Origin: Eledone cirrhosa | Taxonomy: Eukaryota | Assembly: GCA_964016885.1 (NCBI GenBank) | Contig: OZ024743.1 | Span: forward strand, 77,996,001-78,060,000 | Direction of reading: 5' to 3' | Length of the DNA stretch: 64,000 nucleotides | In this document: positions 41,929 to 56,818 of the stretch, in pieces | Position numbering within the stretch: position 1 is the stretch's first letter | Layout: every line of letters starts with the position of its first letter | Made by a program: the position numbers and the translations under genes | The notes under the pieces: generated by a model | Told to the model about the DNA's origin: nothing | What the model saw: only the letters and a program-made list of their open reading frames with translations | Databases searched by the model: none

Positions 41929-42682
41929 ATAAGTATGTACACGTACATACATATATGTATACAGACGTACAGTAGTATGTATATATATATATACATACAT
42001 GCACACATATATATGTACGTATGGATTCACCGAACATTTATTATAATGCTCGGTGTGTTTGTAAACAACATCCCGTATTAAGCCGTAGTGTCCACCAACC
42101 ATCGTTGCTCGTTTGTTCAACACTGACAAAGGAACGCTGTACTAGTTTCAAGCTTATTAGCTATCGTCAGCAACGTATACCTTCCTGCCAGATTGTTAAA
42201 CGTATATACTTACCGTACTAAGAGTGGGAAATGAAATTTAGTTTCATTTTTTCCGTTTATCGTTTTCGGTGCACCCGGCCGATTAACCCACTCGATATGC
42301 AAATTGGGCTACTCAGCCGTTAATATGCATAAGGTAAGTATATACGTTCAACAATCTGGCAGGAAGGTATACGTTGCTGACGATAGCTAATAAGCTTGAA
42401 ACTAGTACAGCGTTCCTTTGTCAGTGTTGAACAAACGAGCAACGATGGTTGCTGGACACTACGGCTTAATACGGGATGTTTGTTTACAAACACACCGAGC
42501 ATTATAATAAATGTTCGGTGAATACATACGTACATATATATATGTGTGCATGTATGTATATATATATATACATACTACTGTACGTCTGTATACATATATG
42601 TATGTACGTGTACATACTTATATTTAAGTAACAGCCGTACTAAGAGTGGGAAATGAAATTTCGTTTCATTTTTTCCGTTTAT
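41929..42682 (+). mobile_element. Retrozyme-like element (inverted arm plus ~1.1 monomers of ~422 nt)
   Basis: 41929-42214 is inverted relative to ~42333-42621. CCGTACTAAGAGTGGG at 42213 and 42635. Confidence 0.7.
42371..42413 (+). ncRNA. Minimal hammerhead; inverted copy at 42134-42176
   Basis: ACGTTG-CTGACGA-tAGCT(AATA)AGCTt-GAAA-CTAG-TA-CAGCGT. Confidence 0.8.
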
Positions 42683-42695
42683 ATATATATGTATG

Positions 42696-44150
<1,455 letters not shown>

Positions 44151-44268
44151 GTATTGCCGTACCAAGACGAACTGTATTGCCAAGAGGCTGTGATGTTTAG
44201 ACACATTTAAATTTCAAAATCAAACCTGTTCCGTAGATAAGTTTAAACTTTAAGAATTCATTACCTTA

Positions 44269-44362
<94 letters not shown>

Positions 44363-44363
44363 T

Positions 44364-44396
<33 letters not shown>

Positions 44397-44526
44397 GATA
44401 TAGATATATATACATATATATATATGTATAGTGAAAGAGTGAAGAATATACATATAGATATATATATATACTGCCATGACTAAATTATAACCATCAACAT
44501 AGTCAAGGTATGTCAGGCATCAACTT

Positions 44527-44590
44527 ATTTTATCTGATGAGGACGTACTGTTGAAATAGCTCAGTACCTCTGAAATATGTATAATAAAAT
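44527..44590 (+). ncRNA. Type I hammerhead in a short PLE-type remnant
   Basis: ATTTTAT-CTGATGA-GG..GTACTG..CAGTAC..CT-GAAA-TATGTA-TA-ATAAAAT. Confidence 0.7.
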
Positions 44591-44734
44591 ATATTTGATC
44601 CCATGAATGTCTATATTTATTAATATTTTGAAGTAATATTAATAACTCCAGAAAACCTATACGGTAGAGTGCTTCTAATCTATTGAGAAACTTTATTCAT
44701 TGATGAATTCATTGAACCTTGTTAAACTTTTAAT

Positions 44735-44825
<91 letters not shown>

Positions 44826-44829
<4 letters not shown>

Positions 44830-45193
44830 TAATAAAAGGAATTCCAACTTTGATTTACTCGTTTTATTTACAATCCTTTAAAATTTATAATGGTATTATA
44901 ATGAAATAGTATGGTAGAATATTAAATGTTAAGTGTAAATTGAACAAGTACTTTCATGCTTTCGCAATCTTCAGATTCATAACGTGTGGTGACAGTCAAA
45001 TTGAAAATTGAAAACTTGACTGTCACCACACCTTATGAATCTGAAGATTGCGAAAGCATGAAAGTACTTGTTCAATTTACACTTAACATTTAATATTCTA
45101 CCATACTATTTCATTATAATACCATTATAAATTTTAAATGATTGTAAATAAAACGAGTAAATCAGACAAAGTTGGAATTCCTTTCATTAATAT
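44826..45193. repeat. Near-perfect ~370-bp palindrome carrying two minimal HHRs at 44941-44979 (-) and 45036-45074 (+)
   Basis: Arms ~44826-44999 and 45016-45193. TGAAT-CTGAAGA-tTGC(GAAA)GCAt-GAAA-GTAC-TT-GTTCA. Confidence 0.8.
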
Positions 45194-45369
45194 AATCTTC
45201 TATACACAATCATACACACCCGTGTGTATTTATCTATCTATATATATTTATATATATATATGTATCTATATATATGTATGTATATATATATATATGTATA
45301 TATATGTATGTATATATATAAATAATATATATGTATGTATATATGTGTATGTATATATATATATATGTT

Positions 45370-45687
45370 AGAGAGATCTCCCTTCAGTATACACTGAGGA
45401 TGAAAAACTCAGAGCTGTATGGGAGCATCCCAAAAGTCAGCTCAAAAGTGACACAGAGGAGACTGGGGTTAGCTGGAGATGCTCACCGACATCCAGAGTT
45501 GACATTGCACTCAGTGCTCCTGTGGGAGCCCCTACATGGACACACTAGAAGAGGAAGACCAAGGTTAACGTATGTTGATGCCCTAAGGACAGACACTGGT
45601 CTGTTGGAGACGCAGGACATGGCAGCAATAATGAGGGACATAGACCGCTGGAGAGAACTCATCCATGGATCTCGGGAATTTTACCCG

Positions 45688-45690
<3 letters not shown>
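45370..45690 (+). mobile_element. RTE-group LINE 3' fragment
   Basis: ELYG..RRLGLAG..RH..LLWEP.HG..RRGRP..TYVD.L..D..WR. Confidence 0.7.
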
Positions 45691-45718
<28 letters not shown>

Positions 45719-45725
<7 letters not shown>

Positions 45726-46005
45726 ATACTTGGGGAGGGTCATATTTGTGTAAAATTGCCAGAATTAATAACAGAACACACTCACTGTTTGGTTGGTTTT
45801 CGCTTCTCGCTGTCTTTTATATCGGTAATCTAACTTACTCGGTCCTCAATGTTGCTATTGACTGACCGACGGTCAAAAATAATACAGATACAATATAGAC
45901 ACAAACACATATATATAGTTTATAATAAATCTTTCGTTGCACATCTGCAACATCGTCAGTGGTGTTATATTTTCCTCCTGTTGTGTTGTATGTCTACGCC
46001 ATTTT
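45719..46005 (-). mobile_element. PLE family A pLTR fragment
   Basis: Near-identical to 21816-22102. Lies in (TA)n. Confidence 0.85.
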
Positions 46006-46633
<628 letters not shown>

Positions 46634-47004
46634 GTCTGCGAAAGATCCTGGGGATTAAATGGAGTGACCATGTAACAAACCAGGAAGTCAGGAACCGCAC
46701 CAACCAGCAGCTAGTCTCTTCTGCCATCTGCAAGCGACGCCTGGGCTGGTTTGGGCACGTTTTGAGACTTCCCCCGGAGAGACTGGCGAACCAAGTACTT
46801 AAATGGAACCCACAGGGAAGCAGACGGAGAGGGCGACCCAAAATGAATTGGCGCCAGACAGTTGAGATGGACCTGCGAGCGACAAACAGACAATGACGGG
46901 ACGCTGTGCAACTGGCTGCTGACCGAACGCGGTGGAACACTATGATTGCCTCATGCGTCGCAAGACGCGGGAGCTTCTGAGTCTGAGTCTGAGTCTGAGT
47001 CTGA
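46634..47004 (+). mobile_element. RTE LINE 3' end with (TCTGAG)n tail
   Basis: [39 protein letters not shown]. Confidence 0.8.
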
Positions 47005-47016
47005 TATATATATACA

Positions 47017-47590
47017 TGTCAGGTCACCAGTTGGTGCGACTGGTAACATGTATCCCAGTACAACCTGTCTCATGGTAACCCCACCAAGGTTTCTTGGTGA
47101 GGAGGGTGACTTTGGACATCCTGCAGGACTAAAAACAAAACCTGTCAAAGGGCAAATGAGCTCTGGCCATCCAAAATCACCGGGAGAGATGACACCTTAG
47201 CCTTTGTGAAGGCAGAATTCTAGGAGAAGGAAAACTCTGATATAACACCTGCAACCCTGATGGTATCCAATGATGTTGACTTGTTCTTCTTTTTGGTAAA
47301 TATCATCTTGGTTAAGAGAGTGGGACTGGCTTTGTGCAGTGCCTTTGCTCACTATAAAAGCTTCACCGCACAGGCATTGCTTTATATCTGGAGATCTCTC
47401 TGCACTTGTCGTCACATGGTATCATGGGCCTAGCACTATGTGTCAATAATTGTCACAAGTGTAGTGTTTGTACCAGAGTTTTCAAGTCGCTGGCTGGACT
47501 AAAAAGTCACACTCGTTTAGCGCATCGGTAGGGGTTCTCCTACATGGATATAAAGTAGTGGCCGTACTCGAAAACGAGTTGGCAGCCACC
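47017..47590 (+). mobile_element. Probable internally deleted RTE derivative (5' UTR-like part joined to the C-terminal zinc finger and 3' end)
   Basis: [22 protein letters not shown] at ~47460-47525. No RT sequence between the two parts. Confidence 0.45.
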
Positions 47591-47625
47591 ATGTATATAT
47601 ATATATGTATGTATATATATAAATA

Positions 47626-47657
<32 letters not shown>

Positions 47658-48053
47658 GTGTATGTATATGTGTATGTATATATATATATATATATATGTA
47701 TGTATATATATATATATATATGTATGTATAAATATATATATTATATATATATATATATACATTTATATATATATTTATATGTATGTATATATATGTATGT
47801 ATGTATATATATATATATGTATGTATATATATGTATATTATTTCTTCTTACTTTATAATATTTTACATAGCTCTGATATTGTGTCAATTAATTATTTCGA
47901 TTATCTTTTCTCTCATAATCATAGAGCAACACTGGTTAAGGTCGCCAACGCAGTCTCACATACTTGTGAAAAAATATATGTTTATATATACATGTTTATG
48001 TATGTATGCACTTATATCTGTGTACCTCTCATTATATATGTATATATATAATG

Positions 48054-48448
48054 AGGTCGGTGGATTGGCAGTATCGGTGGAGGGTCAGACACCATGCTTT
48101 CCAGCATAGTTACGTCCCTTTTCGATCTGAGTTCAAATCTCGCCGAGGTTGACTTGGCCTTTCATCCTTACGGGGTCGATAAAATAAAGTACCAGTAATG
48201 CATTGGGTAATTTGCTGGCCTTGTGCCTAAAGTAGAAACAATTATATATGTATATATAAGGGCGGTGAATTGGCAGTATCGGTAGAGGGTTGGACGGCAT
48301 GCTTTCTAGTATAGTTACGTCCCTTTACAGTCTGAGTTCAAATCCCGCCGAGGTTAACTTTTCCTTTCATCCTTACGGTGTCGATAAAATAAAGTACCAG
48401 TAATGTACTGGGTAATTGCTGGTCTTGTGCCTAACGTAGAAACAATTA
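48054..48448 (+). mobile_element. Two tandem tRNA-derived SINE copies (48054-48246 and 48259-48448)
   Basis: Each has TGGCAGTATCGG, GAGTTCAAATC and the CATCCTTACGG.GTCGATAAAATAAAGTACC core. Confidence 0.85.
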
Positions 48449-48454
48449 TATATG

Positions 48455-48530
<76 letters not shown>

Positions 48531-48899
48531 TAAATTTAGTCCTTCATCAGTGATCTTCCAGCCTTCATTGGTATTTCATCGCTTTAAAGACCATATACCT
48601 CTCGTTGGTGCGAGCAACGGTTCAAGAAAGTAGTTGGGACACGTAAATAGGGGGAACGAGCGAGACAGTAAACAAACAAAGATGGTAATGAAACCAAAAG
48701 TGAGGAAGAAGGAGTCAAGTCCCTGAAATCGATGAACATAAATTCTGTGAAATCGTAGACGAGAGAGAATAAAGACCACCCAACCTGGTCGAAATGTGAG
48801 TGAGTGTAAGTGTGAGGAAGAGGGTAACAGAGAGAGTGACTGGCAGAGGGGGTAAAAAGAAAGTGAGAGATACAGAGAAAGGGGAAGCAGTAAGAATAT

Positions 48900-48948
<49 letters not shown>

Positions 48949-49204
48949 TATATATATATAATGCCAATCATTGTAAGTTTGAATATTTTTATTGGAGAAC
49001 GTAAGATATTTTTCCGCAAAAATTTGATTTCACTGTTCTGTTTCCTCTTTTGTATTCTTCTAAAGTGTTGTTTATTCATTATAAAAATTAAATGATAGCA
49101 TTCTATATGTAAGTGCACCCCCTTCATCTCCTGGCAACCAATATTTTTAGACCCAGTCCGACACTGCATACACACCCACATAGAGGAAAAATATATACAC
49201 ACAG

Positions 49205-49271
<67 letters not shown>

Positions 49272-49379
49272 TGTATATATATATATAGCAAGCAGGGTAA
49301 AGCGGACGTAAAATGATGATGATTATGAAAATGATGATGATGATACACACATACACACATACATGCACACACACACACG

Positions 49380-49411
<32 letters not shown>

Positions 49412-49559
49412 AATACAAACTTACTCACCCATATACACATATACATATACATACACACATATATATACGTACATATACATATATATACACACCTATACAT
49501 TAATATATACATGCACACACACATACAAAAAGTGGCAGGGACAACCTTAAATTAACTAT

Positions 49560-50157
49560 ATATCTAGTCAGGTTCCTCAATTTTATGGTAAAAGGAGTAA
49601 TGTGTTTTATGTTGACAAGAAGGAATGACCTCATATTTAGCATTTAATAAGTTCAAATTGGAGGCTAATATTTCAAACGCCTCGGTTAAACAATTAGATC
49701 TATTTCTCCCATATGGCCTTGCGGTATTAATTAGACCATTTAATATTATATTTAACCTTGTATTCTTTAAGGGACCAGATTAATTTTACCAGAGAAGTTG
49801 TATTTTTCAGCTTCTCATTTTTAAATGAATGAGTATGAGCATAGAATCCAGTTTTGAATATATTGGTAGTAGCACCTATATAATTAAAGCAATCATCACT
49901 AGTTGAAACTTCACATCTATAAATAAAATTAGCTTTAAGATATTTAACCCCAAATGGGCAATTATTAGGAATTCTACAATTACAATTGATCCCTAAAAGT
50001 CGATGATTATTATTGATTATACCATTATTATGATAACCATTAGCAAAAATGTTATTGGTATACCTAGTTTTACCAAATTCCTTATATTCAGTATCCATTC
50101 TAGACGCCCTACTATTGATTTGAGTGTTTACATTATTGTTAACAATACTACCATTAT

Positions 50158-50160
<3 letters not shown>
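49560..50160 (-). mobile_element. Nematis-like PLE EN remnant
   Basis: CNCRIPNNCPF..FIYRCEV..YIGATT..H.HSF..TSL..LIWSLK in ORF 49727-50098. Confidence 0.75.
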
Positions 50161-50199
<39 letters not shown>

Positions 50200-50202
<3 letters not shown>

Positions 50203-50693
50203 AATTAAGTCAAATATTTAAAATTTGGCTTCGTTTATTAAAGATGTACTGCTATATATATTTCGGTGACAGCCATCATTGGCTGTGACCTCTTCAGGCA
50301 GTCCAAATTGGTGTGGTAGAGACAGGTACACAAGTTGGAATCATATCCCAATCATACCCCATTTGGGGTATGATTCCAGTTCCTCAGAGAAATAACAACC
50401 CAACCAGGGGCTGGACATATCGGAGTATTGACGGAGTAAAACACTTTAACAACATGTGTACCTGTCTCTACCACAGCAATTCGGACTGCCTGAAGAGGTC
50501 ACAGCCAATGATGGCTGTCACCGAAATATATATAGCAGTCCATCTTTAATAAACGAAGCCAAATTTTAAATATTTGACTTAATTATTTTATTTTACATTA
50601 CTCCGGAGTAACCAAACCAACCAGCGTACTTCGTCGAGTGCTCCAATCTGCATACTTAGGTATCGGTAAACAACCAACATATACTCAAAACAT
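50200..50693. mobile_element. Inverted pLTR remnant with HHRs at 50248-50302 (-) and 50485-50539 (+)
   Basis: ACTGC-CTGAAGA-GGT..ACAGCCA(ATGA)TGGCTGT..ACC-GAAA-TATATA-TA-GCAGT. A related scrap lies at 4472-4570. Confidence 0.8.
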
Positions 50694-52561
50694 ATATATA
50701 TATATATATAATATAAGATCAAAAGATGGTTAAAGGAGTTCCATATATTTTATTATGCGCATTTCAAAAACAAACATCATCAAGCAATAATATTTGTGTT
50801 TTCATCAGATAAAACAGGAGAACATGATATGAAGGCTAAAAAACACTTGTGGATAGTGCAGTTTTAAATCAACATATGAAAAGTGGTTTTAGATTGATGT
50901 GTGATATTGGGAAAAATATTTTATTTAGAGAGGGGGGGTGGGAAGGATGAAAAGGGAAGAAGATGAGAGGGAGAGATGGGTGATAGAGAGAAAGAGATAG
51001 TTTTTATAACTGAGAGGAGATATATTTTTTACATAGAGAGGTTGAAAACCGTTGGAAGATACTGTATAAATTAAAAATTTTGAAAATTAACGAAGGGAGG
51101 ATATGTGCGAGGAAAAAAATATTTTATTTAGGGAGGGGGGGGGGGAAGGATGAAAAAAAGGGGGAGGAGATGAGAGTGAAGGTGGAGAGGGAGAGATGGG
51201 TGATAGAGAGAAAGAGATAGTTTTTATAACTGAGAAAAAGATATATTGTTTTAATATAGAGAGGTTGGGAACCGTTGGAAGATAATGTATAAATTAAAGG
51301 AATTTGAAAATTAACGAAGGGAAATTATGTATGATAGAGAGAAAAAAATAATAATTGTGGGTGAATATTCTAACGTCAAAAGAAGAAATGTATGTATTGT
51401 GGCAATTTCAAAATTAGCGAAGAGAGAAATTGTTAAGGTTTGTGTGTAGAAGGATTTGAGAAAAATAATGTGAAGTTAAAGTTTGTAAATTGATTGAATT
51501 GATAATATGTGCGAATAAAGAGTTAATATGTATTAATAATGAGTTCGTTGATGGGGAGAAAAAAATAATAATAAATTAAGGATGAAATTGAGATTAAAAA
51601 GATTTATGATAGAGAGAAAAAATAATAATGATTGCGGATGAATATTCAAATGTCAAAAACAAATGTTTTTACGAGAAGATAGAATGAGGGTAATGAGTAA
51701 ACGAGTATTATAGAGTGTATAATGCCCTTTAAAGTAAGGTAGATGGGTATATTTTAAAGAGGTGTATGTATATGTGCCTTTGAGAAAAGATTCTAAATTG
51801 ATAAAGAATTGAATATTAACTGTATACTTTGTGAAAAGTTCTATGGAATTTATGCAGGCAGATAGAAAACAAATCTGAGCGTCTATTTATTATAGAATCT
51901 AGGTTAGAGATAATGGTAAATTTTTCATTTAGGCAGAGATTACAGATTTTAGATAGAGAGTTGTTCAAGTATGAGGATGCAGAAGAAATCTTCTTCCAAA
52001 AGATGGTATATTTAATGTTTTTGTCTTTTAAGGACCATATGAGTTCTGAGAGAGCAGTGTTAGTTCTTTTAAGTTTGTATTTGAAAGATGAATGATGATT
52101 ATAGAGACGAGCTTTAAAAGAGGTGGAAGTGGAGCCAAAATAGGTGAAGGAATTGGTGCTAGTTATAATTTTACATTCATAAATTAAGTTTTTATCGAGG
52201 CAATGGTTGTTGAGAGGACATTTATTTTTAATGCGGCAGTTGCAATTAGAGAGATTATTAATGAGTGATCTAGTGTTATCTATAGAAGGAATTGGATTGG
52301 AGAAGTTGTTTGCGATAGGAATAATAGGAATAATAGTTTCTTGATTTAGAGTTGGATTATGAACATTTAGCGAAGTTGTGTTTGACGTTGTATTTGGGTT
52401 TACAGAAGTTAGCCTAGGGTTTACAATGACGTCGGGAGTACTATTACTGTTATTATGAAATTCAATATTGGAAGGAAGAGATTTAGTATTTAATATTTCA
52501 TATGTTGATTTAAAACTGCACTATCCACAAGTGTTTTTTAGTCTTCATATCATGTTCTCCT

Positions 52562-52630
52562 GTTTTATCTGATGAAAACACAAATATTATTGCTTGATGA
52601 TGTTTGTTTTTGAAATGCGCATAATAAAAT
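52562..52630 (+). ncRNA. Type I hammerhead in the pLTR
   Basis: TTTTAT-CTGATGA-AAACACAAATATT..GATGTTTGTTTTT-GAAA-TGCGCA-TA-ATAAAA. Confidence 0.8.
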
Positions 52631-52835
52631 ATATGGAACTCCTTTAACCATCTTTTGATCTTATATTATGCATACTCCAGTCCCACAAATTGTAGAGTGC
52701 TTCTTATCCGATATCTGCATTGCTTTATTGTACTACAATAAAACTCACCTCCTACATTAACTTGCTCCTTAACGGTTGAGCGCTTACTCTCATATTGGAT
52801 ACCTTTTGATGGTCCTTCACCTCTTCTTCTACAAC

Positions 52836-55239
52836 ATGGATTATTACAACATAACCAATTCAACTAAAGACATTCCTATACCTGGTAAATCTGAATTCAC
52901 CAAACTTCTTATTGAAAAAACTGACTCCTTCGTAAGAAGACTTAGATGGACAGCCTATTTCTATGACCAGCGCCTAAAAGGGAACTTTCATACCAAAGAA
53001 CACAACTTCCTCGATCATCTTTTTAATTCTAGACGAAATCCTCCTTCCAACAAAAATCTAGTACAATTCGAGGAAGAATTAACTAAAATAATAAAAAATT
53101 TTAAATTCAAGAGATACCCTTACAAAGGACAAGAGCACCTTGTAAATCTCAAGAACACAATCTCTAACCTAAATTCCTCAAAAAATGTTTTTAGTCCACT
53201 CTGACAAAACCAATAACCTATATGGTATTTCCAAGGATAATTATAACAACCTTATCCTAAAGGAACTTAGGAAAAAGTATCGTAAAACCAACCATGAAAA
53301 TTTAGAATGCATAAACCTTGAAGCCTATGAGATTATGTCAAAACTTGGCATTGAAAAAAAGACCGAACCATTCCTCCCAAGAACTCCGAGGATAAATCTC
53401 AAGGATCACAAAAACAATTTTCGCACTGAACTACCTGTTAGATTAATCGCCCCCTCTAAATCTGATTTGGGGGTTGTTAGTAAAGCCATCTTGGATAGGA
53501 TTATCCCACAGGTTAGTTCTAATTGCTCTTCTTTAAACCTAAATTTATGGTTTGGTACTTCTGAAGTGATTGGCTGGTTCAACAAATTGGATAATAAAAA
53601 CAAACTAAAATTTATTCAATTTGATATTGCCAACTACTATTCCTCCATTTCGCCTTCACTTCTCAATAATGCTCTATCTTTCGCACTTAAATATTCTGAC
53701 ATCACCACAGATGAACTTCACATCATCCTCACCGCACGTAAAACCATCCTAGAGTTCAACAACGAATATTGGACCAGAGCCGATACCTCTAACAACTTCG
53801 ACATCACAATGGGAGCATCCGATTCATCCCAATTGACTGATTTAATTGGTATCTTCATTTTGAACTCTTTGAGTCGGAAAATTCCTCAACTTCGCGGTGG
53901 AATTTATCGTGACGATGGACTCTTTACTATCCTAAATTGCAATATAGTTAAACTTAATATTATTAAGAACAATATACGTAATCTCTTTAACCAACATAAC
54001 CTAAAAATTGAATTTGATAATAGTATCAAACTAGCTAATTTCTTGGATGTATCTCTTAATCTTGACACTGGCCTATATTACCCTTACCATAAAAACAATG
54101 AGAACCTTAATTATGTTAACTTTAAATCTAACCATCCTACCAATATCAAGAATGCTATAGTTAATAATATTGGAAATAGAATATCTAACATATCTTCTAA
54201 TAAAAACATTTTTGATGCTAACGCCAATTACTATAATAACGCACTTTCTAAAGCCGGCTATCCAGATAAAATCAAATATAATAAAGAAACAAATTCTAGA
54301 AAAACTTACAGTAGAATAATTAATCATGACCATTCCAATAATTTTAATAAAAGACCTAGATACAAAAACATAATCTGGTATAATGCTCCTTTCTCCAACT
54401 CTATTAATAACAATATTCCTAAATTATTTTTTAGTGCCTTAAATAAATGCTTCCCTCCCTCACATATCTATAGTAAAATATTTAACAAACACACCATCAA
54501 ATTTTCGTATTCTACATCCTCCAATATTTCCAACATCATCTCTAAACACAACAACAAAATATTAAATACTAAATCTCTTCCTTCCAATATTGAATTTCAT
54601 AATAACAGTAATAGTACTCCCGACGTCATTGTAAACCCTAGGCTAACTTCTGTAAACCCAAATACAACGTCAAACACAACTTCGCTAAATGTTCATAATC
54701 CAACTCTAAATCAAGAAACTATTATTCCTATTATTCCTATCGCAAACAACTTCTCCAATCCAATTCCTTCTATAGATAACACTAGATCACTCATTAATAA
54801 TCTCTCTAATTGCAACTGCCGCATTAAAAATAAATGTCCTCTCAACAACCATTGCCTCGATAAAAACTTAATTTATGAATGTAAAATTATAACTAGCACC
54901 AATTCCTTCACCTATTTTGGCTCCACTTCCACCTCTTTTAAAGCTCGTCTCTATAATCATCATTCATCTTTCAAATACAAACTTAAAAGAACTAACACTG
55001 CTCTCTCAGAACTCATATGGTCCTTAAAAGACAAAAACATTAAATATACCATCTTTTGGAAGAAGATTTCTTCTGCATCCTCATACTTGAACAACTCTCT
55101 ATCTAAAATCTGTAATCTCTGCCTAAATGAAAAATTTACCATTATCTCTAACCTAGATTCTATAATAAATAGACGCTCAGATTTGTTTTCTATCTGCCTG
55201 CATAAATTCCATAGAACTTTTCACAAAGTATACAGTTAA
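52836..55239 (+). CDS. PLE polyprotein (RT plus GIY-YIG endonuclease), ~800 aa if one +1 homopolymer indel near 53190 is corrected
   Basis: STKDIPIP, FVRRLRW, SDKT, LKDHK..VRLIAPSKS, QFDIANYY, ITMGASDS, IYRDDGL, NFLDV, CNCR..CPL..CL..LIYEC..YFGST and CNLCLNEK. Confidence 0.88.
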
Positions 55240-56424
55240 TATTCAATTCTTTATCAATTTAGAATCTTTTCTCAAAGGCACATATACATACACCTCTTTA
55301 AAATATACCCATCTACCTTACTTTAAAGGGCATTATACACTCTATAATACTCGTTTACTCATTACCCTCATTCTATCTTCTCGTAAAAACATTTGTTTTT
55401 GACATTTGAATATTCATCCGCAATCATTATTATTTTTTCTCTCTATCATAAATCTTTTTAATCTCAATTTCATCCTTAATTTATTATTATTTTTTTCTCC
55501 CCATCAACGAACTCATTATTAATACATATTAACTCTTTATTCGCACATATTATCAATTCAATCAATTTACAAACTTTAACTTCACATTATTTTTCTCAAA
55601 TCCTTCTACACACAAACCTTAACAATTTCTCTCTTCGCTAATTTTGAAATTGCCACAATACATACATTTCTTCTTTTGACGTTAGAATATTCACCCACAA
55701 TTATTATTTTTTTCTCTCTATCATACATAATTTCCTTTCGTTAATTTTCAAATTCCTTTAATTTATACATTATCTTCCAACGGTTCCCAACCTCTCTATA
55801 TTAAAACAATATATCTTTTTCTCAGTTATAAAAACTATCTCTTTCTCTCTATCACCCATCTCTCCCTCTCCACCTTCACTCTCATCTCCTCCCCCTTTTT
55901 TTCATCCTTTCCACCCCCCCTCCCTAAATAAAATATTTTTTTTCCTCGCACATATCCTCCCTTCGTTAATTTTCAAAATTTTTAATTTATACAGTATCTT
56001 CCAACGGTTTTCAACCTCTCTATGTAAAAAATATATCTCCTCTCAGTTATAAAAACTATCTCTTTCTCTCTATCACCCATCTCTCCCTCTCATCTCTTTC
56101 CCTTTTCATCCCCCCCCTCTGTAAATAAAATATTTTTCCCAATATCACACATCAATCTAAAACCACTTTTCATATGTTGATTTAAAACTGCACTATCCAC
56201 AAGTGTTTTTTAGCCTTCATATCATGTTCTCCTGTTTTATCTGATGAAAACACAAATATTATTGCTTGATGATGTTTGTTTTTGAAATGCGCATAATAAA
56301 ATATATGGAACTCCTTTAACCATCTTTTGATCTTATATTATGCATACTCCAGTCCCACAAACTGTAGAGTGCTTCTTATCCGATATCTGCATTGCTTTAT
56401 TGTACTACAATAAAACTCACCTCC

Positions 56425-56534
<110 letters not shown>

Positions 56535-56818
56535 CTTATACCCTCCTTGACCTACAGGACTGCTGTATGTTGTGTTGGAAAAGAACCGCATAACCCATGC
56601 AAGCATGGAAAAACAAATGCAAAATGGTGATGGTGATGATTTTAAATATATATGGTTCAAGGCAGTGTTAGGAGGGAAAGGATATGAGGTGTGTCTCCAC
56701 CTCCAATATTGAATATACTGAGGGAATTTTTTCATCCAGTTATTAGGTTATGTCTCTATACTTTTTTCCACTGCGTCTTCCTTTCAAATGCTAATTAGAT
56801 ATAATTTTTAAAAACTAC

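Noticed and set aside
48259-48350. tRNA gene
   Set aside because: A and B boxes are present but there is no cloverleaf. It continues into the SINE core and is multi-copy.
56665-56818. Further block of the inverted duplication (similar to ~19745-19850)
   Set aside because: The similarity is in direct orientation and much more diverged. It is an independent copy of an old repeat.
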